NCBI GenBank assembly: GCA_043228905.1
Contig: JBHGNT010000003.1
Span: forward strand, 9,238,001-9,302,000
DNA: 64,000 bases
Direction of reading: 5' to 3'
DNA from: Azolla caroliniana
Lineage: Eukaryota; Plantae; Polypodiophyta
Shown here: positions 26,001 through 37,112 of the stretch, in pieces
How positions within the stretch are numbered: the stretch's first letter is position 1
Layout of the letters: the number at the start of each line of letters is the position of its first letter
The notes under the pieces: generated by a model
The model's database searches: none
Told to the model about the DNA's origin: nothing
What the model saw: only the letters and a program-made list of their open reading frames with translations
Made by a program: the position numbers and the translations under genes

Positions 26001-26259
26001 CCTATTTAAAGGCCCGGACCCCATTGTAATCGCAGCGGATAATTAATAGAGCATATGGTGTTTATACTTCTGTGTTGATTTCCGTTCTGTAGTTACTGTG
26101 ATATCTTACGCGTGTAATTAACCAAAGCACTCTAATCGTGTAACCTACGTAAGTCGGTGTAATCGTTGAATCTTAATCCTATGCCGTAATCACCCTTTGG
26201 TGAAGTGTCTCCGTGACACCTTGTGTTAGGCCTTGTCCGGTCAGAGAATAACACAGTTT

Positions 26260-26270
26260 TGGCGACCACG
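26260..26270 (+). promoter_or_regulatory. Primer-binding site, probably tRNA-Arg(UCG)
   Basis: TGGCGACCACG, 6 nt after the 5' LTR; copy C' has the C>T-decayed TGGTGATCACG. Confidence 0.7.
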
Positions 26271-26306
26271 ATTCCTGCTTTCTCGCAGCGAACGACGGCT
26301 TAATGG

Positions 26307-29300
26307 ATGACGAGACCAACGCACGACCTGGTTACAGACCGAGCTCGACGCCTCGCCGAACGGCAAAGACGGCGTGAGACTTTCCAGCAAGCAGCGCACG
26401 AAATTCGCTCGGATCGTTCGTTCTCCAACGAGATCCGGAGAGTCGTGGAGGAATCTCTTCGGTTACAGCAAACTCGCGACCAGGACGACGGAAGCAGTCT
26501 AAGTAGTCTCCGGGAAACCGAACGCCTCCTCGAGGCGCTGGCAAGCGGAGAAAACGAGGCAGAAGCCTTTTCAGCCTACGAATCGGATTTCGAAGGGGGA
26601 TACAGCGTGCACACGAACTACCGGAGCAGCAACGATACCCCCGGCGGTCCGGAGGAAGACGGGTCAGATACCGTGCCGACTCCAGAACCGGAACCGCTCG
26701 ACCAGGGCTATCCGGAACCGCAAACGGAAGCCGTCAACCCACCAACACCGGAAGTGGAAGAAGCAAAGCCACCGACACCAACGAAAGAGCCGGCGAAGGT
26801 ACCGGAAGACGAGCCGGTGAAAGAACCGGAAAAAGAACCGGAAAAAGCACCGGCAAAACAACCAGAAGTGGAATCGGAGAGAAAACCGGAAAGATATCAA
26901 CAAACGCCACTAAACCGCGGCCTAATATTGGACGACGACATGCCGTTCCAATACTCAAAGTATCGCGATGATCCGGACGCGGAAGCGCATGTTCATGCCT
27001 TCGAGCAGACATGGGAAGCAAATCTCACGTCCCAGCGAATGACACCGGAGGAAGAAGAACGCTCGAAGATAGCGGAATTCGGGGTCACGTTGGAAGGACC
27101 AGCGACACGATGGCGGCGGACGCAGGACCCGGCGACCATCACAACCTTTGCAGAATTAAAAGCAAAATTCTTGCATTTTTTCCACAAGGAGGTCGACCAG
27201 ACGACAATGGTGGGCCTGTTTTATACGATCCGACAGGAGGCAGGGGAAAGCATTCCCCAATTCGTCATCCGTTTCCAACGAATGCATAGCCAGCTTGCCC
27301 GTGCACCCCCGGAGGAGGAATTACGGACGATATTTTTAAACGCACTCCGGGAACCGTTACGCACGGTGTGTACGGTAATCGACTTTCAAGGAAGCACCAT
27401 TGGCCAGGTCATTGACCGGGTCAGAGAAATGGAAAAGTCAAGCTCATGGCTTACACTGGGAACACTGGAACGAGCGTTACCCACCGATGAAGATCTCCGG
27501 TTCCGGCAGGAAATTCAATGCACAATCTGCTTGAATGCCGGACACTCGGCAGTGGAGTGCACCATGCGAACTCAGTGTGTGATTTGTCAATCCAAGAGTC
27601 ATACAACGGACCGGCGCGAGTATAACCTGTTAAACCGACAAGCACCACCCGTCCGACGGATCGAGCCAAGAAGCAGCCGAGACGAAGATGACGATCGTTG
27701 GCAAAGAATGAACCGGTACCGACCGACACAGGATGTCCGGTACGGAGACAGACAAGAGAATGATGGCCGGTACGGGAATCGGCATGATAACTACGACCGG
27801 TATGAGCGATCGGACCATTATCGGGAGTCCAACAGACGACACGAGCAATACGATAGAGACCATTCCCCTGGTTACCGAAGGCACCAGGAGGACTACGGCC
27901 GATTTTACGATCCACCACGACCGGACTACCGAAATAAAAATAAGAATAATAAGAAACGTAATTTCAAGAAAGGTGGTCACACTAGGGACCCGGAACATGG
28001 AACCCCAAGGAGCCAACCGGCACAGAACGCACCACTCACTACGGGACCGACTCCGGATACCAGCAATGCTGAATCCAGCAATACCCGTAAAGAGTACTGC
28101 TATTACTGCAGGCAGGAAGGCCACTACAGTAACCAGTGCCCGGCAAAGAGCTACGATAAACGACCAGCAGTTAATATGGTGGTTCCGGAAGTGGCGGATA
28201 TACAGCAAGTAACCACACGGTCGAAAGGCATGGCCAAAGAGTGGGAAACACAAGAGGCCATACGAAAACAGGCGACGGAATGGGTGAAGGAAGCCCATGA
28301 AAGGAACGTCGCGGACGCGGAACGGCAAAAGGCGAATACCATAGGGAGTGCCGGCGGTAGCCACCCAGAAAACGAGACATGGCAAGCACTGCAAGAATGT
28401 CAGATCACGTTGCCATTAGGAAGACTCTTGCAGCTCGTGCCGCGATTTACGGAAGGACTAAAAACGGGCATGACAGACGGTATAGCCCCACCGGCACCAG
28501 TCCTCTTCTCGAATCCGGAGGAGGGACCGACGGTGGTGGACACTAGTAGTCCGGTGATTACAGCTATTGTCAAAGGGCACGAACTTCCCGGCACAGTAAT
28601 CGATGGAGGTTCTGGGGTGAACGTAATAAGCCTCCACACGTGTGATGCCTTGGGTATACATGAATGGGAGCCATGTCCGTTCTGGCTACGGATGGCGGAT
28701 ACGAGCTCTGTACGGCCGACGGGCTTAATACGGAAATTGGAAGTCACCATAGGAGGTCACACATTTCACATCTCGGCTGTAGTGCTGCAGCTACAGGCGC
28801 AAGGCGCGTACCCACTGTTGCTGGGCAGACCATGGTTGAAAACAGCACACATCAAGCAAAATTGGCGGAAAAATATGATTACCTTCCGGCGCGGAAAAGC
28901 CAAGGTCCGGGTACCGACACAACCACGGACGAGCAACGGTAAGGAATGCACACCGCTATATGCGGAATGCGTGAACATGCTTGAAGGGTTGGCAGACGAC
29001 GAAGAAGCCCAGTACTTGGAGGAACACCCGAAGATCGTACCACTCTTCGAGATTGACATAGCTGATGCCGTAGCGCCATACTTGCCGCAGCGGGACGAAA
29101 CCGAAGCCGAACCAGACAAAGATTCGATTCGGGAATTACGGCAAGCACAGGAAGCGTTGGAACGGGAAATGGCCGTTTCCCAACGGGTAAAAACATCCCA
29201 GCTCGACGAAGTGAACCTAGGAAGCAAGGACGAATCAAAGCCGGTACACATCGCCAAAGAAATGAAGCCGGAAGATAAAGCGGCGATGATCAAACTTCTC

Positions 29301-32165
29301 ACGGAGTTTCGCGATGTATTCGCCTGGTCATACGAAGACATGCGAGGGCTGGACCCTCAATTATATCAGCATCAGATCCACTTAGGCAAGGACGCGAAAC
29401 CAGTGGCGCAAAGACGTTACCGAATGAACCCCAACTACGCCGCCAAAGTGAAGGAGGAAATCGACAAACTCCTAAGAGTGGGCTTCATCCGGCCGGTAAA
29501 GAAAGCGACGTGGCTGAGCCCCATCGTCGTCGTCCCAAAGAAGAACGGTAAAATCCGCGTGTGTGTAGATTACAGGAAACTAAATGCAGCCACAATTACG
29601 GATGCATTCCCTCTTCCGTTCACGGATGGAGTACTGGATGCCGTCGCCGGCCATGAAGTTTATAGCTTTCTAGACGGGTTCAGCGGATACAATCAAATCC
29701 GGATGCACCCTGACGACCAGGAGAAGACAGCGTTCGTCACCGAATGGGGGGTGTTTGTGGCCGAAGTAATGATGTTCGGCCTAAAAACGGCACCAACAAC
29801 TTTCCAGCGAATCATCATGGAGATCTTCGGCGAATACATTCCTGCCTTCATGCAGGTTTTCCTGGATGATTTTGCAGTCTATAGCCGGGGAAAAGACCAT
29901 TTGCAGCACCTACGGTTATGCCTTGAAAAGTGTAGGTTATACCGGCTAAGCTTAAACCCAGCAAAATGCATCTTTGGGGTTTCAAGTGGAATCTTACTGG
30001 GACACATTGTAAGTAAGGAGGGCATTGCGGTCGACCCGGACAAAGTAAACGCGATACTAGGGGCATCGGCGCCGAAAACGGCCAAAGCACTAAGCCGATG
30101 CTTAGGACAAATCCGGTGGCACAGCCGGATGCTCCGTCACTTGGCTGACTTGGCTACACCATTACACACCGCGGTACATCGGACATCGTTCCAATGGACG
30201 GATACGGAGGATAAGGCATACAATGCCCTAAAGGTACTTTTGTCGCAAGCACCCGTCGTGCAGCCTCTGGATTGGAGCAAGGAATTTCATGTGTTCGTTG
30301 ACGCTTCCGACATCGCTATCGGCAGCGCCTTCATGCAACTTACGGAGCCTAAATGGTACCGGCCGGTATATTACGCCAGCCGGAAGCTGTCCCAAGCGGA
30401 GAAGAACTATTCGACGACGGAACGGGAGGCCCTGGGCATGATCTACAGTGTCACAAAGTTTCGTCATTACCTATTGGGAAGGAAGTTCTCCTTTCATGTG
30501 GATCACTCGGCGCTCCTGTACTTAGTGTCCAAGGCGTCCCTGACCGGTAAGTTGGCCCGTTGGACCTTGCTGTTGCAGGAGTTCGAATTCGAGATCTTCC
30601 ACCGGCCCGGTATCCAGCATGCCGTAGCAGACTACCTGAGCCGGTTAGAGTCCGGAGAATCAGGCGACGGAGTATCGGATGAATTCCCGGACGCAGAGTT
30701 ATTCCGTATCACCCCGGAAACGGCAGTGGACGACACGGTGGCATCAGAAGATAGGTGGCTGACAAACATGCACCAGTTCCTAAGCACGGGCCTGCCACCG
30801 GAGGAAATGAACCGGGACGAGAGGAAACGACTGGCGGTGCAGAGCCGCAATTTCTGTCTGTTACGGGACACTCTCTACCACAAAGGAGCAGATGGAATAT
30901 GGAGACGGGCAGTCCGTAGTGACGAGAAACAAGTAATCTTACGGGAAGCACACTGTGGGGTTGCCGGAGGACACTATGCCGGGGAAGCGACGGCAAGGAA
31001 AGTATGGCAGAGCGGCTTATGGTGGCCCACGACGTTAAAAGACGCCATCAAGTATGCTAAGGAATGTGACCTATGCCAACGAATGGGCCAGCCTACGGAG
31101 CAAGCACGGATGCCACACCAACCGGTACTTCCACTAGAGCCATTCCAGAAGTGGGGGTTGGATTTTGTCGGACCGTTCAAGCCACCGGCAATGAGAACGG
31201 GTAATCGTTATGTCATCGTGGCAACAGATTATTGCACTAAATGGGTGGAGGCTAAGGCCTTGAGAGACAATACCGCGTCATCCACAACAAAATTCCTGTA
31301 CGAGAACATTTGGTGCCGATGTGGATGTCCGATTGAATTAATCAGCGACCAAGGAGGGCACTTCCTCGGCCAGGTAGTTGAAAGCTTAACAACGTTCTAT
31401 GCCGTGGTCCATAAACGGAGCACACCGTACTACCCACAAGCGAACGGGTTAGCAGAGTCAACCAACAAAACGCTCCAGAACATTCTCCGCAAAATCGTCA
31501 ATGAAAACCGGACGGACTGGGATACAAAGCTCCATAGCGCGCTATGGGCGTACCGAACGGCATACAAAACAAGTATCCGGACAACGCCATTCCGGTTAGC
31601 GTTCGGCTTAGAGGCGGTCATGCCGGTGGAATTTCAGGTACCAAGCTTACGGATCCAACTACGGGAACGGCTGAATGAAAAGGAGTCGGAAGAAATGCGG
31701 CTAGCAGCACTATGCGAACTGGAGGAGCAACGGCTGGCCAACATCCTACACATGGAACTAGAGCAACGACGACGGAAAGCGTTCGTTGACCGTCACCGGA
31801 AAGGTAATGAAAAGATGTTCGAAATCGGAAAGCCGGTGCTAGTATTCCAAACGAGGATGGGCAAGATGCCGGGTAAACTCCGGTTTAGATGGACAGGCCC
31901 GTATTGGCTGACACGGGAATACAACGGGTCCTATCAGTTAGGGACACTTGCCGGTGAAGTGCTAGGCAAGTGGGTCAATGGATTTAGACTAAAGCCCTAT
32001 AAAGGACCGATGCCAAAGAACCCGTTTATGCAGCCCACCGGCACTATACCGGGAACGGTACGGATGGAAGAAAAAGACGACGGGGAACCCGTAGCAGAGG
32101 CGAAGGAAGACACGGCAACCCCTAAGGAAAACGGTAAGGGTCCGAAGGGACCTACGGATGTGTAA
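26307..32165 (+). CDS. Gag-Pol polyprotein (1952 aa)
   Basis: Gag with CCHC knuckles, protease VIDGGSGVN, RT FLDGFSGYNQI/FLDD, RNase H VDAS..DH, integrase HHCC, WGLDFVGP, GPY; no chromodomain. Confidence 0.97.
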   Translation: MTRPTHDLVTDRARRLAERQRRRETFQQAAHEIRSDRSFSNEIRRVVEESLRLQQTRDQDDGSSLSSLRETERLLEALASGENEAEAFSAYESDFEGGYSVHTNYRSSNDTPGGPEEDGSDTVPTPEPEPLDQGYPEPQTEAVNPPTPEVEEAKPPTPTKEPAKVPEDEPVKEPEKEPEKAPAKQPEVESERKPERYQQTPLNRGLILDDDMPFQYSKYRDDPDAEAHVHAFEQTWEANLTSQRMTPEEEERSKIAEFGVTLEGPATRWRRTQDPATITTFAELKAKFLHFFHKEVDQTTMVGLFYTIRQEAGESIPQFVIRFQRMHSQLARAPPEEELRTIFLNALREPLRTVCTVIDFQGSTIGQVIDRVREMEKSSSWLTLGTLERALPTDEDLRFRQEIQCTICLNAGHSAVECTMRTQCVICQSKSHTTDRREYNLLNRQAPPVRRIEPRSSRDEDDDRWQRMNRYRPTQDVRYGDRQENDGRYGNRHDNYDRYERSDHYRESNRRHEQYDRDHSPGYRRHQEDYGRFYDPPRPDYRNKNKNNKKRNFKKGGHTRDPEHGTPRSQPAQNAPLTTGPTPDTSNAESSNTRKEYCYYCRQEGHYSNQCPAKSYDKRPAVNMVVPEVADIQQVTTRSKGMAKEWETQEAIRKQATEWVKEAHERNVADAERQKANTIGSAGGSHPENETWQALQECQITLPLGRLLQLVPRFTEGLKTGMTDGIAPPAPVLFSNPEEGPTVVDTSSPVITAIVKGHELPGTVIDGGSGVNVISLHTCDALGIHEWEPCPFWLRMADTSSVRPTGLIRKLEVTIGGHTFHISAVVLQLQAQGAYPLLLGRPWLKTAHIKQNWRKNMITFRRGKAKVRVPTQPRTSNGKECTPLYAECVNMLEGLADDEEAQYLEEHPKIVPLFEIDIADAVAPYLPQRDETEAEPDKDSIRELRQAQEALEREMAVSQRVKTSQLDEVNLGSKDESKPVHIAKEMKPEDKAAMIKLLTEFRDVFAWSYEDMRGLDPQLYQHQIHLGKDAKPVAQRRYRMNPNYAAKVKEEIDKLLRVGFIRPVKKATWLSPIVVVPKKNGKIRVCVDYRKLNAATITDAFPLPFTDGVLDAVAGHEVYSFLDGFSGYNQIRMHPDDQEKTAFVTEWGVFVAEVMMFGLKTAPTTFQRIIMEIFGEYIPAFMQVFLDDFAVYSRGKDHLQHLRLCLEKCRLYRLSLNPAKCIFGVSSGILLGHIVSKEGIAVDPDKVNAILGASAPKTAKALSRCLGQIRWHSRMLRHLADLATPLHTAVHRTSFQWTDTEDKAYNALKVLLSQAPVVQPLDWSKEFHVFVDASDIAIGSAFMQLTEPKWYRPVYYASRKLSQAEKNYSTTEREALGMIYSVTKFRHYLLGRKFSFHVDHSALLYLVSKASLTGKLARWTLLLQEFEFEIFHRPGIQHAVADYLSRLESGESGDGVSDEFPDAELFRITPETAVDDTVASEDRWLTNMHQFLSTGLPPEEMNRDERKRLAVQSRNFCLLRDTLYHKGADGIWRRAVRSDEKQVILREAHCGVAGGHYAGEATARKVWQSGLWWPTTLKDAIKYAKECDLCQRMGQPTEQARMPHQPVLPLEPFQKWGLDFVGPFKPPAMRTGNRYVIVATDYCTKWVEAKALRDNTASSTTKFLYENIWCRCGCPIELISDQGGHFLGQVVESLTTFYAVVHKRSTPYYPQANGLAESTNKTLQNILRKIVNENRTDWDTKLHSALWAYRTAYKTSIRTTPFRLAFGLEAVMPVEFQVPSLRIQLRERLNEKESEEMRLAALCELEEQRLANILHMELEQRRRKAFVDRHRKGNEKMFEIGKPVLVFQTRMGKMPGKLRFRWTGPYWLTREYNGSYQLGTLAGEVLGKWVNGFRLKPYKGPMPKNPFMQPTGTIPGTVRMEEKDDGEPVAEAKEDTATPKENGKGPKGPTDV

Positions 32166-32185
32166 GATCACATACCGTCATTTAT

Positions 32186-32216
<31 letters not shown>

Positions 32217-32547
32217 AAAAATCATTAAAAATCGAGGTATGAACGGACGTGAAAGCAAGGAGCGAAAAGGTATGTAGTGGGCATTTAAGAGCCGCCACAT
32301 TGCTTAATACTAAATTGGTACACGACGTGCGCATGCTCGAAAAAGGCGCCAAGACGCACAGAGAAAAAGAAGAACGCATGGAGACCTTTTTTTTCGCGAG
32401 CCAAGAAGCACAGAAGCACCAAGGCAATGGAAGCTTAGCAAACGCGAACCTGCACTCAGAGAACCCCCACGTTCGGAACGCTCTCTCTCTCGCTCTCACT
32501 CTCATCACCACTCTACCTCGCCATCTTTCCTCGACCTCGAAGCAGAC

Positions 32548-35217
32548 ATGGAACCACAAACGCTGTCGGAAGCGGCAAGGAAATGGCTCAGGCAACACGG
32601 ACTGGATGGGTTCTTGACCATCATGGAGGCACCACCGCACAAAGAAGCCGACCAGGTCATCAAGGAGCTTGACAAAGAAGTCATCACCGAGGAAGCGATC
32701 CGTGCGCTAAGAGGCCTTCCGGAGGGAGGTATTTTTCAGATTGATAACCCAACCTCGGAGCAACTCATCCGATATTTCGATGAGTACTCTGTAGCCGGCA
32801 AAGGCTATCGAATGCAGGGCGGCAAAGATCCGCTATTCAGGGAGATAGCTCGAGTGCTCCATGAGTACGGCCACGTGTACCCCCGACCCCCTGTCATGCC
32901 AAAAAATCGGGCAGGGATGATCATAGCCACCTATGAAGGGATCAAGGTGGATTGGCTGGTGTTGATTGCAGACGGGTTGTGCGCGGCAATCGACACGGTA
33001 CGAGGAAAGGACGGCAAGGAGGGCCGGAAGCTGTGGCATGCCGTAGCTCAGTGGATAACATTGCTCGCGCCGCCGGTCTAGACCGTTCAGCCAAAGAAGC
33101 GGCCAAGATTATCGGAAGGAAGCACCTCGAAACCCGCGTCCAAACGACAGCAGCTGCTGGCGTCGAAGGCAACGAAAGGGAAGAAACGGCTCCCAGAACC
33201 GGAGGAGGTGTCACCGGTCCGGCCCGTTAAGATAACCATACCGCGACCGGGACAGAAGGAACCGGAACCCTTGACGGCACAGATGCATGCCGTTACCCAG
33301 GAAGAGGAAACGGAGGAGCCAGTAGAGCACCTCCAACGACGGTCAAGAAGTAGGACCGCCGGGACAGCGGGGGAGCGTTCGGACCCGCAAAAGGAAGAAA
33401 CGCCCCCAACTCAACCTGAGCAAACCACAAGGGAGGAACCGGAACCGGTGCGTATAGAACCGGCCTTGTCGACTTCTATACAAGAAGTCATTCCAACGGC
33501 TCCGGAGACGGCGAGAACCGGAACTCAACAGCCGGCGAGCCCAGCCAGCACACACGGCGGCCAAGAAGTAGAACCAGAACGGCAGATACAGGCACTCAGG
33601 CCAGACAATTCCACAGTGAACGAGCCGACCCGACCAGTACAGCAGCAAGGCACCAGTAGCATGTGGCTACGGTGGGTAGGTGAGCAAATCGCCGGAGCGG
33701 TCGAGTACATAGAGGTGGAGGAGAGAGCGCACCACGAACGGTTGCTCGTCACAACCGTAGATCTAGAGACGGCCCGGTCCAGAATCCGAAGCCTTGAACA
33801 AGACTTGGACAGGGTCACAAGGGAAATGGCTCAATTGGCTTTGACAACACAAGTCCAAGCACCGGTGACTCCGGGCAATGTACAGAATAAAGCGTCAGAT
33901 CAACCTGTACATAGCAATCAGACCCCGGCAACGGAAACCGTTCCGGAGAGAAATGCGGCACAAGTTCAAGAGCTTGCGGACTTAAAGGATGAGCTAGCTG
34001 CCCAAGAAGCGCTGAGGAGCCGCGAAAGGGAATTGAAGACGGCAGCGGAGGCAGAACTCAAAAAGACTGCTGAGAATCTATGCCGGGCCGAGGAGAGCTT
34101 ACGAAAAGGCCACCAAGCGTACGACCGGCTCAAGGAGGAAAAGGAGAAAATGCTGCAAGAGAAGGACAGGCTCCGGAGAAACGCCGAAACAGAAGTAGAG
34201 CGCCTGAAAGAGGAACTCCGGCAGCTAAAGGACCGGGAGGACCGGAACCATCGCCAGATCAACGGCAAGCTCAAACAAAAAACGGAGGAATTTGAGCACT
34301 TGCACCGGGAGTATAAACGGTTGCAAACGGAGCACAAGGAACGGACGGATGAGCTTCGGCAAGCAGTTGATCGGACCACAACGGCATACGCTAATGAACA
34401 AGCGGAAACCAGAAGACGGTTGGAAGAGGCGGAGAAGGTTCGGACAGAGCTCCTCAGGCAACAGCAGGCGGAAAAAGAAAGAGCGGCGGAGGTACTACAG
34501 AGGCTGCAGACAACATATCAAGGGCAGCTGACGCGCTACAGAGAGCAGGTGGAGGATACGGCGAATCTCATCAAGCAGTTGAAGGAGGAACGACAAGTTG
34601 TGGAAAGTAGAGCACAAATGGGAGCAAGTCGCATCCAGGATATCATGCGGGCCTGGTTGAACCAGACCAAGAGCTTGATTGACAACGGTTCCGTCAAATG
34701 GTGGACCAAGTGGGCCACGAACGCGGCGGAACTCCAATTGCTCCGGGCCGACGTAGAGAACCGGCGGAAGGAGGGAGATGATTGCTATATGCTGACTTCC
34801 GAAGACTTCACCGGCATAAGAGATGAGCTGGCCGAAGACTTTCAAGCCTTGGCAGAGGACCAACTAGGGCAAGTCCGGCAACTTGTAGCTCAGCTGGACG
34901 ACGACAGGCTGGAGGCGCAGATCCAGTTTGAAAGCTACGAGAGGTCCCGGATCTGGGAAGAGAAAGCACGAGAACCGGTTACGGTCAACCTCAGTGATGA
35001 GGAACCGTTACTGGAAGGAGACCGGACCGGAAGCAGTCAAACGGGGATGCCGGAGTCAGAGAAACAAACGGAGCAGCCGCCTATAGAGCAGCCGGGGCAG
35101 CCTCAGTCCCAACCGCAACCACAGCAGCAGCAACAAGCACAGCCGGAGCAACCACAACCGGAAGTACAAGTGGAAACTCTGGAACAAAGTATTTTGGACA
35201 ATTTGGGTGAACAATGA
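32548..35217 (+). CDS. Extra ORF2 (~889 codons, one in-frame TAG at 33079): globular N-domain, P/E/T linker, long coiled coil
   Basis: ORFs 32548-33081 and 33208-35217 share a frame; copy C' reads through this region; homolog at 54290-57059. Confidence 0.8.
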
Positions 35218-35229
35218 AGGGGCCGAGAA

Positions 35230-35269
35230 GGGTTCGACGTACAAGGTACTGTCCCATGGGCGTGTCATG
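35230..35269 (+). promoter_or_regulatory. tRNA-Arg(UCU) 3'-end-like motif at the PPT position (element C)
   Basis: GGGTTCGA-13 nt-GTCCCATGGGCGTGTCA-TG|LTR; no purine run. Confidence 0.65.
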
Positions 35270-36539
35270 TGTTACCGGCTGGCAAGGAGTCCAAAATACG
35301 GAGTGAAGGAATTAATTAAGTATGGTTGTAAATAAGCCTAGTATGGACGGAGGGACTGGAAACGGTATGCCGTTCCAGATCCGGACGGATCCCGAATAGG
35401 TGCGATAGGCACCGTTTTGTACTACGGGCCGGAAACCTATTTAAAGGCCCGGACCCCATTGTAATCGCAGCGGATAATTAATAGAGCATATGGTGTTTAT
35501 ACTTCTGTGTTGATTTCCGTTCTGTAGTTACTGTGATATCTTACGCGTGTAATTAACCAAAGCACTCTAATCGTGTAACCTACGTAAGTCGGTGTAATCG
35601 TTGAATCTTAATCCTATGCCGTAATCACCCTTTGGTGAAGTGTCTCCGTGACACCTTGTGTTAGGCCTTGTCCGGTCAGAGAATAACAGAGAAGTACTCC
35701 TTGCCTCCATCCGACCGAAGAAATCGTACATGTCAGCCCGTGGCTTTTTTGACTTCATTCTTAAATTTTTGGAAGTGTTCAAACACTTCGCTCTTTTGCC
35801 GCATGGGGTAGATCTAGGTGTGCTTGGAGAAGTTGTCGATGAAGGCCACAGAGTATTGGCATCCGCCGAATGTAGCCGTCTGAGCCGGATCCCGTACATT
35901 GGAATGAATTATGTCGAGTACGCATTTGCTCACGTTTCGCTCCTTCGGAAATGGGTGCCGATGATGCTTGCCAAATTGGCAAGCGGCACACACACCTTCA
36001 ATCTCTTTTTCCTTGAATGTTGGGAGGCCAATGACGACACCTTTCAATTGCATTGCCTTGAGCTTTTGGAGGGTGATATGGGCAATCCACTTATGCCATA
36101 ACTCATTGTTGGAATCGGCTTTCGTGCCCTTTGCAAACATAGCCGATTTCATCTCGTGTGAGTCGAGAATGAACATTTGACCCTCTTTTCATCCGCAGGC
36201 GATGAGTCAGCCCTCTTTTTCAATGAAGCAACTGTCATGAACAAATGACTATTATGGCGTCACCCGGACTTGAACCTCGAACCTTATAATCCATACTTGA
36301 AAACCTCAACCATTAAGATAGCTTATTGTTATATGAAACAATAAACGCTACTTCTTGTATTGCATTGATTATTGTAAAAACTCTAGATTATTCTAGAATG
36401 TTCTAGAATGTCCTAGAGCTAGAATCTCTAAGCTATTCTATAAGAACCTATAAATAAGGGCATACATGTATTCTCAAATCAATTCGAATCAACACCAGTC
36501 CTTCTTCCATCACTCTATCTTTTATCCTTGGTTCTGACA

Positions 36540-36553
36540 GTTTGATTCGAATT
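36540..36553 (+). promoter_or_regulatory. Tf1-type self-priming site
   Basis: TTGATTCGAATT (36542-36553) is complementary to AATTCGAATCAA (36481-36492), which lies ~32 nt after TATAAATA (36449). Confidence 0.8.
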
Positions 36554-37112
36554 CTCACTCTCTCTCTCTCTCTCTCTCTCTCTTATCCTCCTTTTGTAAC
36601 CATCCCGAAACCATGGCTGCCATTAACTCAGAAGAATATCTCACCCTTGTTGCAAAAATGGAGAACCTTAAATCCAAGTTCGCATCTCTTGAAGTAGAGA
36701 ATCAACGTCTACTTGGGGATCTACAAAAGGTTACTATAGAGAAGCAACAACAACAAGAGGAGTTCACACGACGAGTGCAACAGTTAGATTCAACAATCAT
36801 AGTGTTACAACAACAAAGGGTTGAAGGTCGGGGACTTATCAAGGAGCCCAAAATTAGCCTCCCAGCTAAATTTGATGGGTCGAGGGCGCATTTCCGAGAT
36901 TTTTTGAATCAAGTACGGTTGGTGATTCAAATGCATCCCGCGCGTTATCCAACAGATGCATCACGAGTCGGGCTAGTGGGCACCTTATTGACTGGCATAG
37001 CGTTGTCGTGGTTTGCTCCATTGCTAGAGACCAATTCTCCTCTATTGAATAATTTCGAGGAATTTATCAAGGAATTTAAGGCTTGTTTCGGAGATATTGA
37101 TGGGGCGAGAAC

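Larger units (their letters stand above)
25835..35688 (+). mobile_element. Ty3/gypsy element C (non-chromovirus, Athila/Tat/Selgy-like) with extra 3' ORF; young
   Basis: 419-bp LTRs 25835-26253 / 35270-35688 differing at one position by eye; uninterrupted gag-pol; tRNA-Arg PBS. Confidence 0.97.

Noticed and set aside
33079-33081. Programmed stop-codon readthrough in ORF2
   Set aside because: C' has no stop here; a CAG>TAG deamination is simpler.
32548-35217. env gene (endogenous retrovirus)
   Set aside because: No signal peptide, transmembrane helix or fusion-peptide-like segment; the protein is highly charged.
26332-35268. Numerous antisense and alternate-frame ORFs over gag-pol and ORF2
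   Set aside because: Shadow ORFs of GC-rich coding sequence with no recognisable domains.
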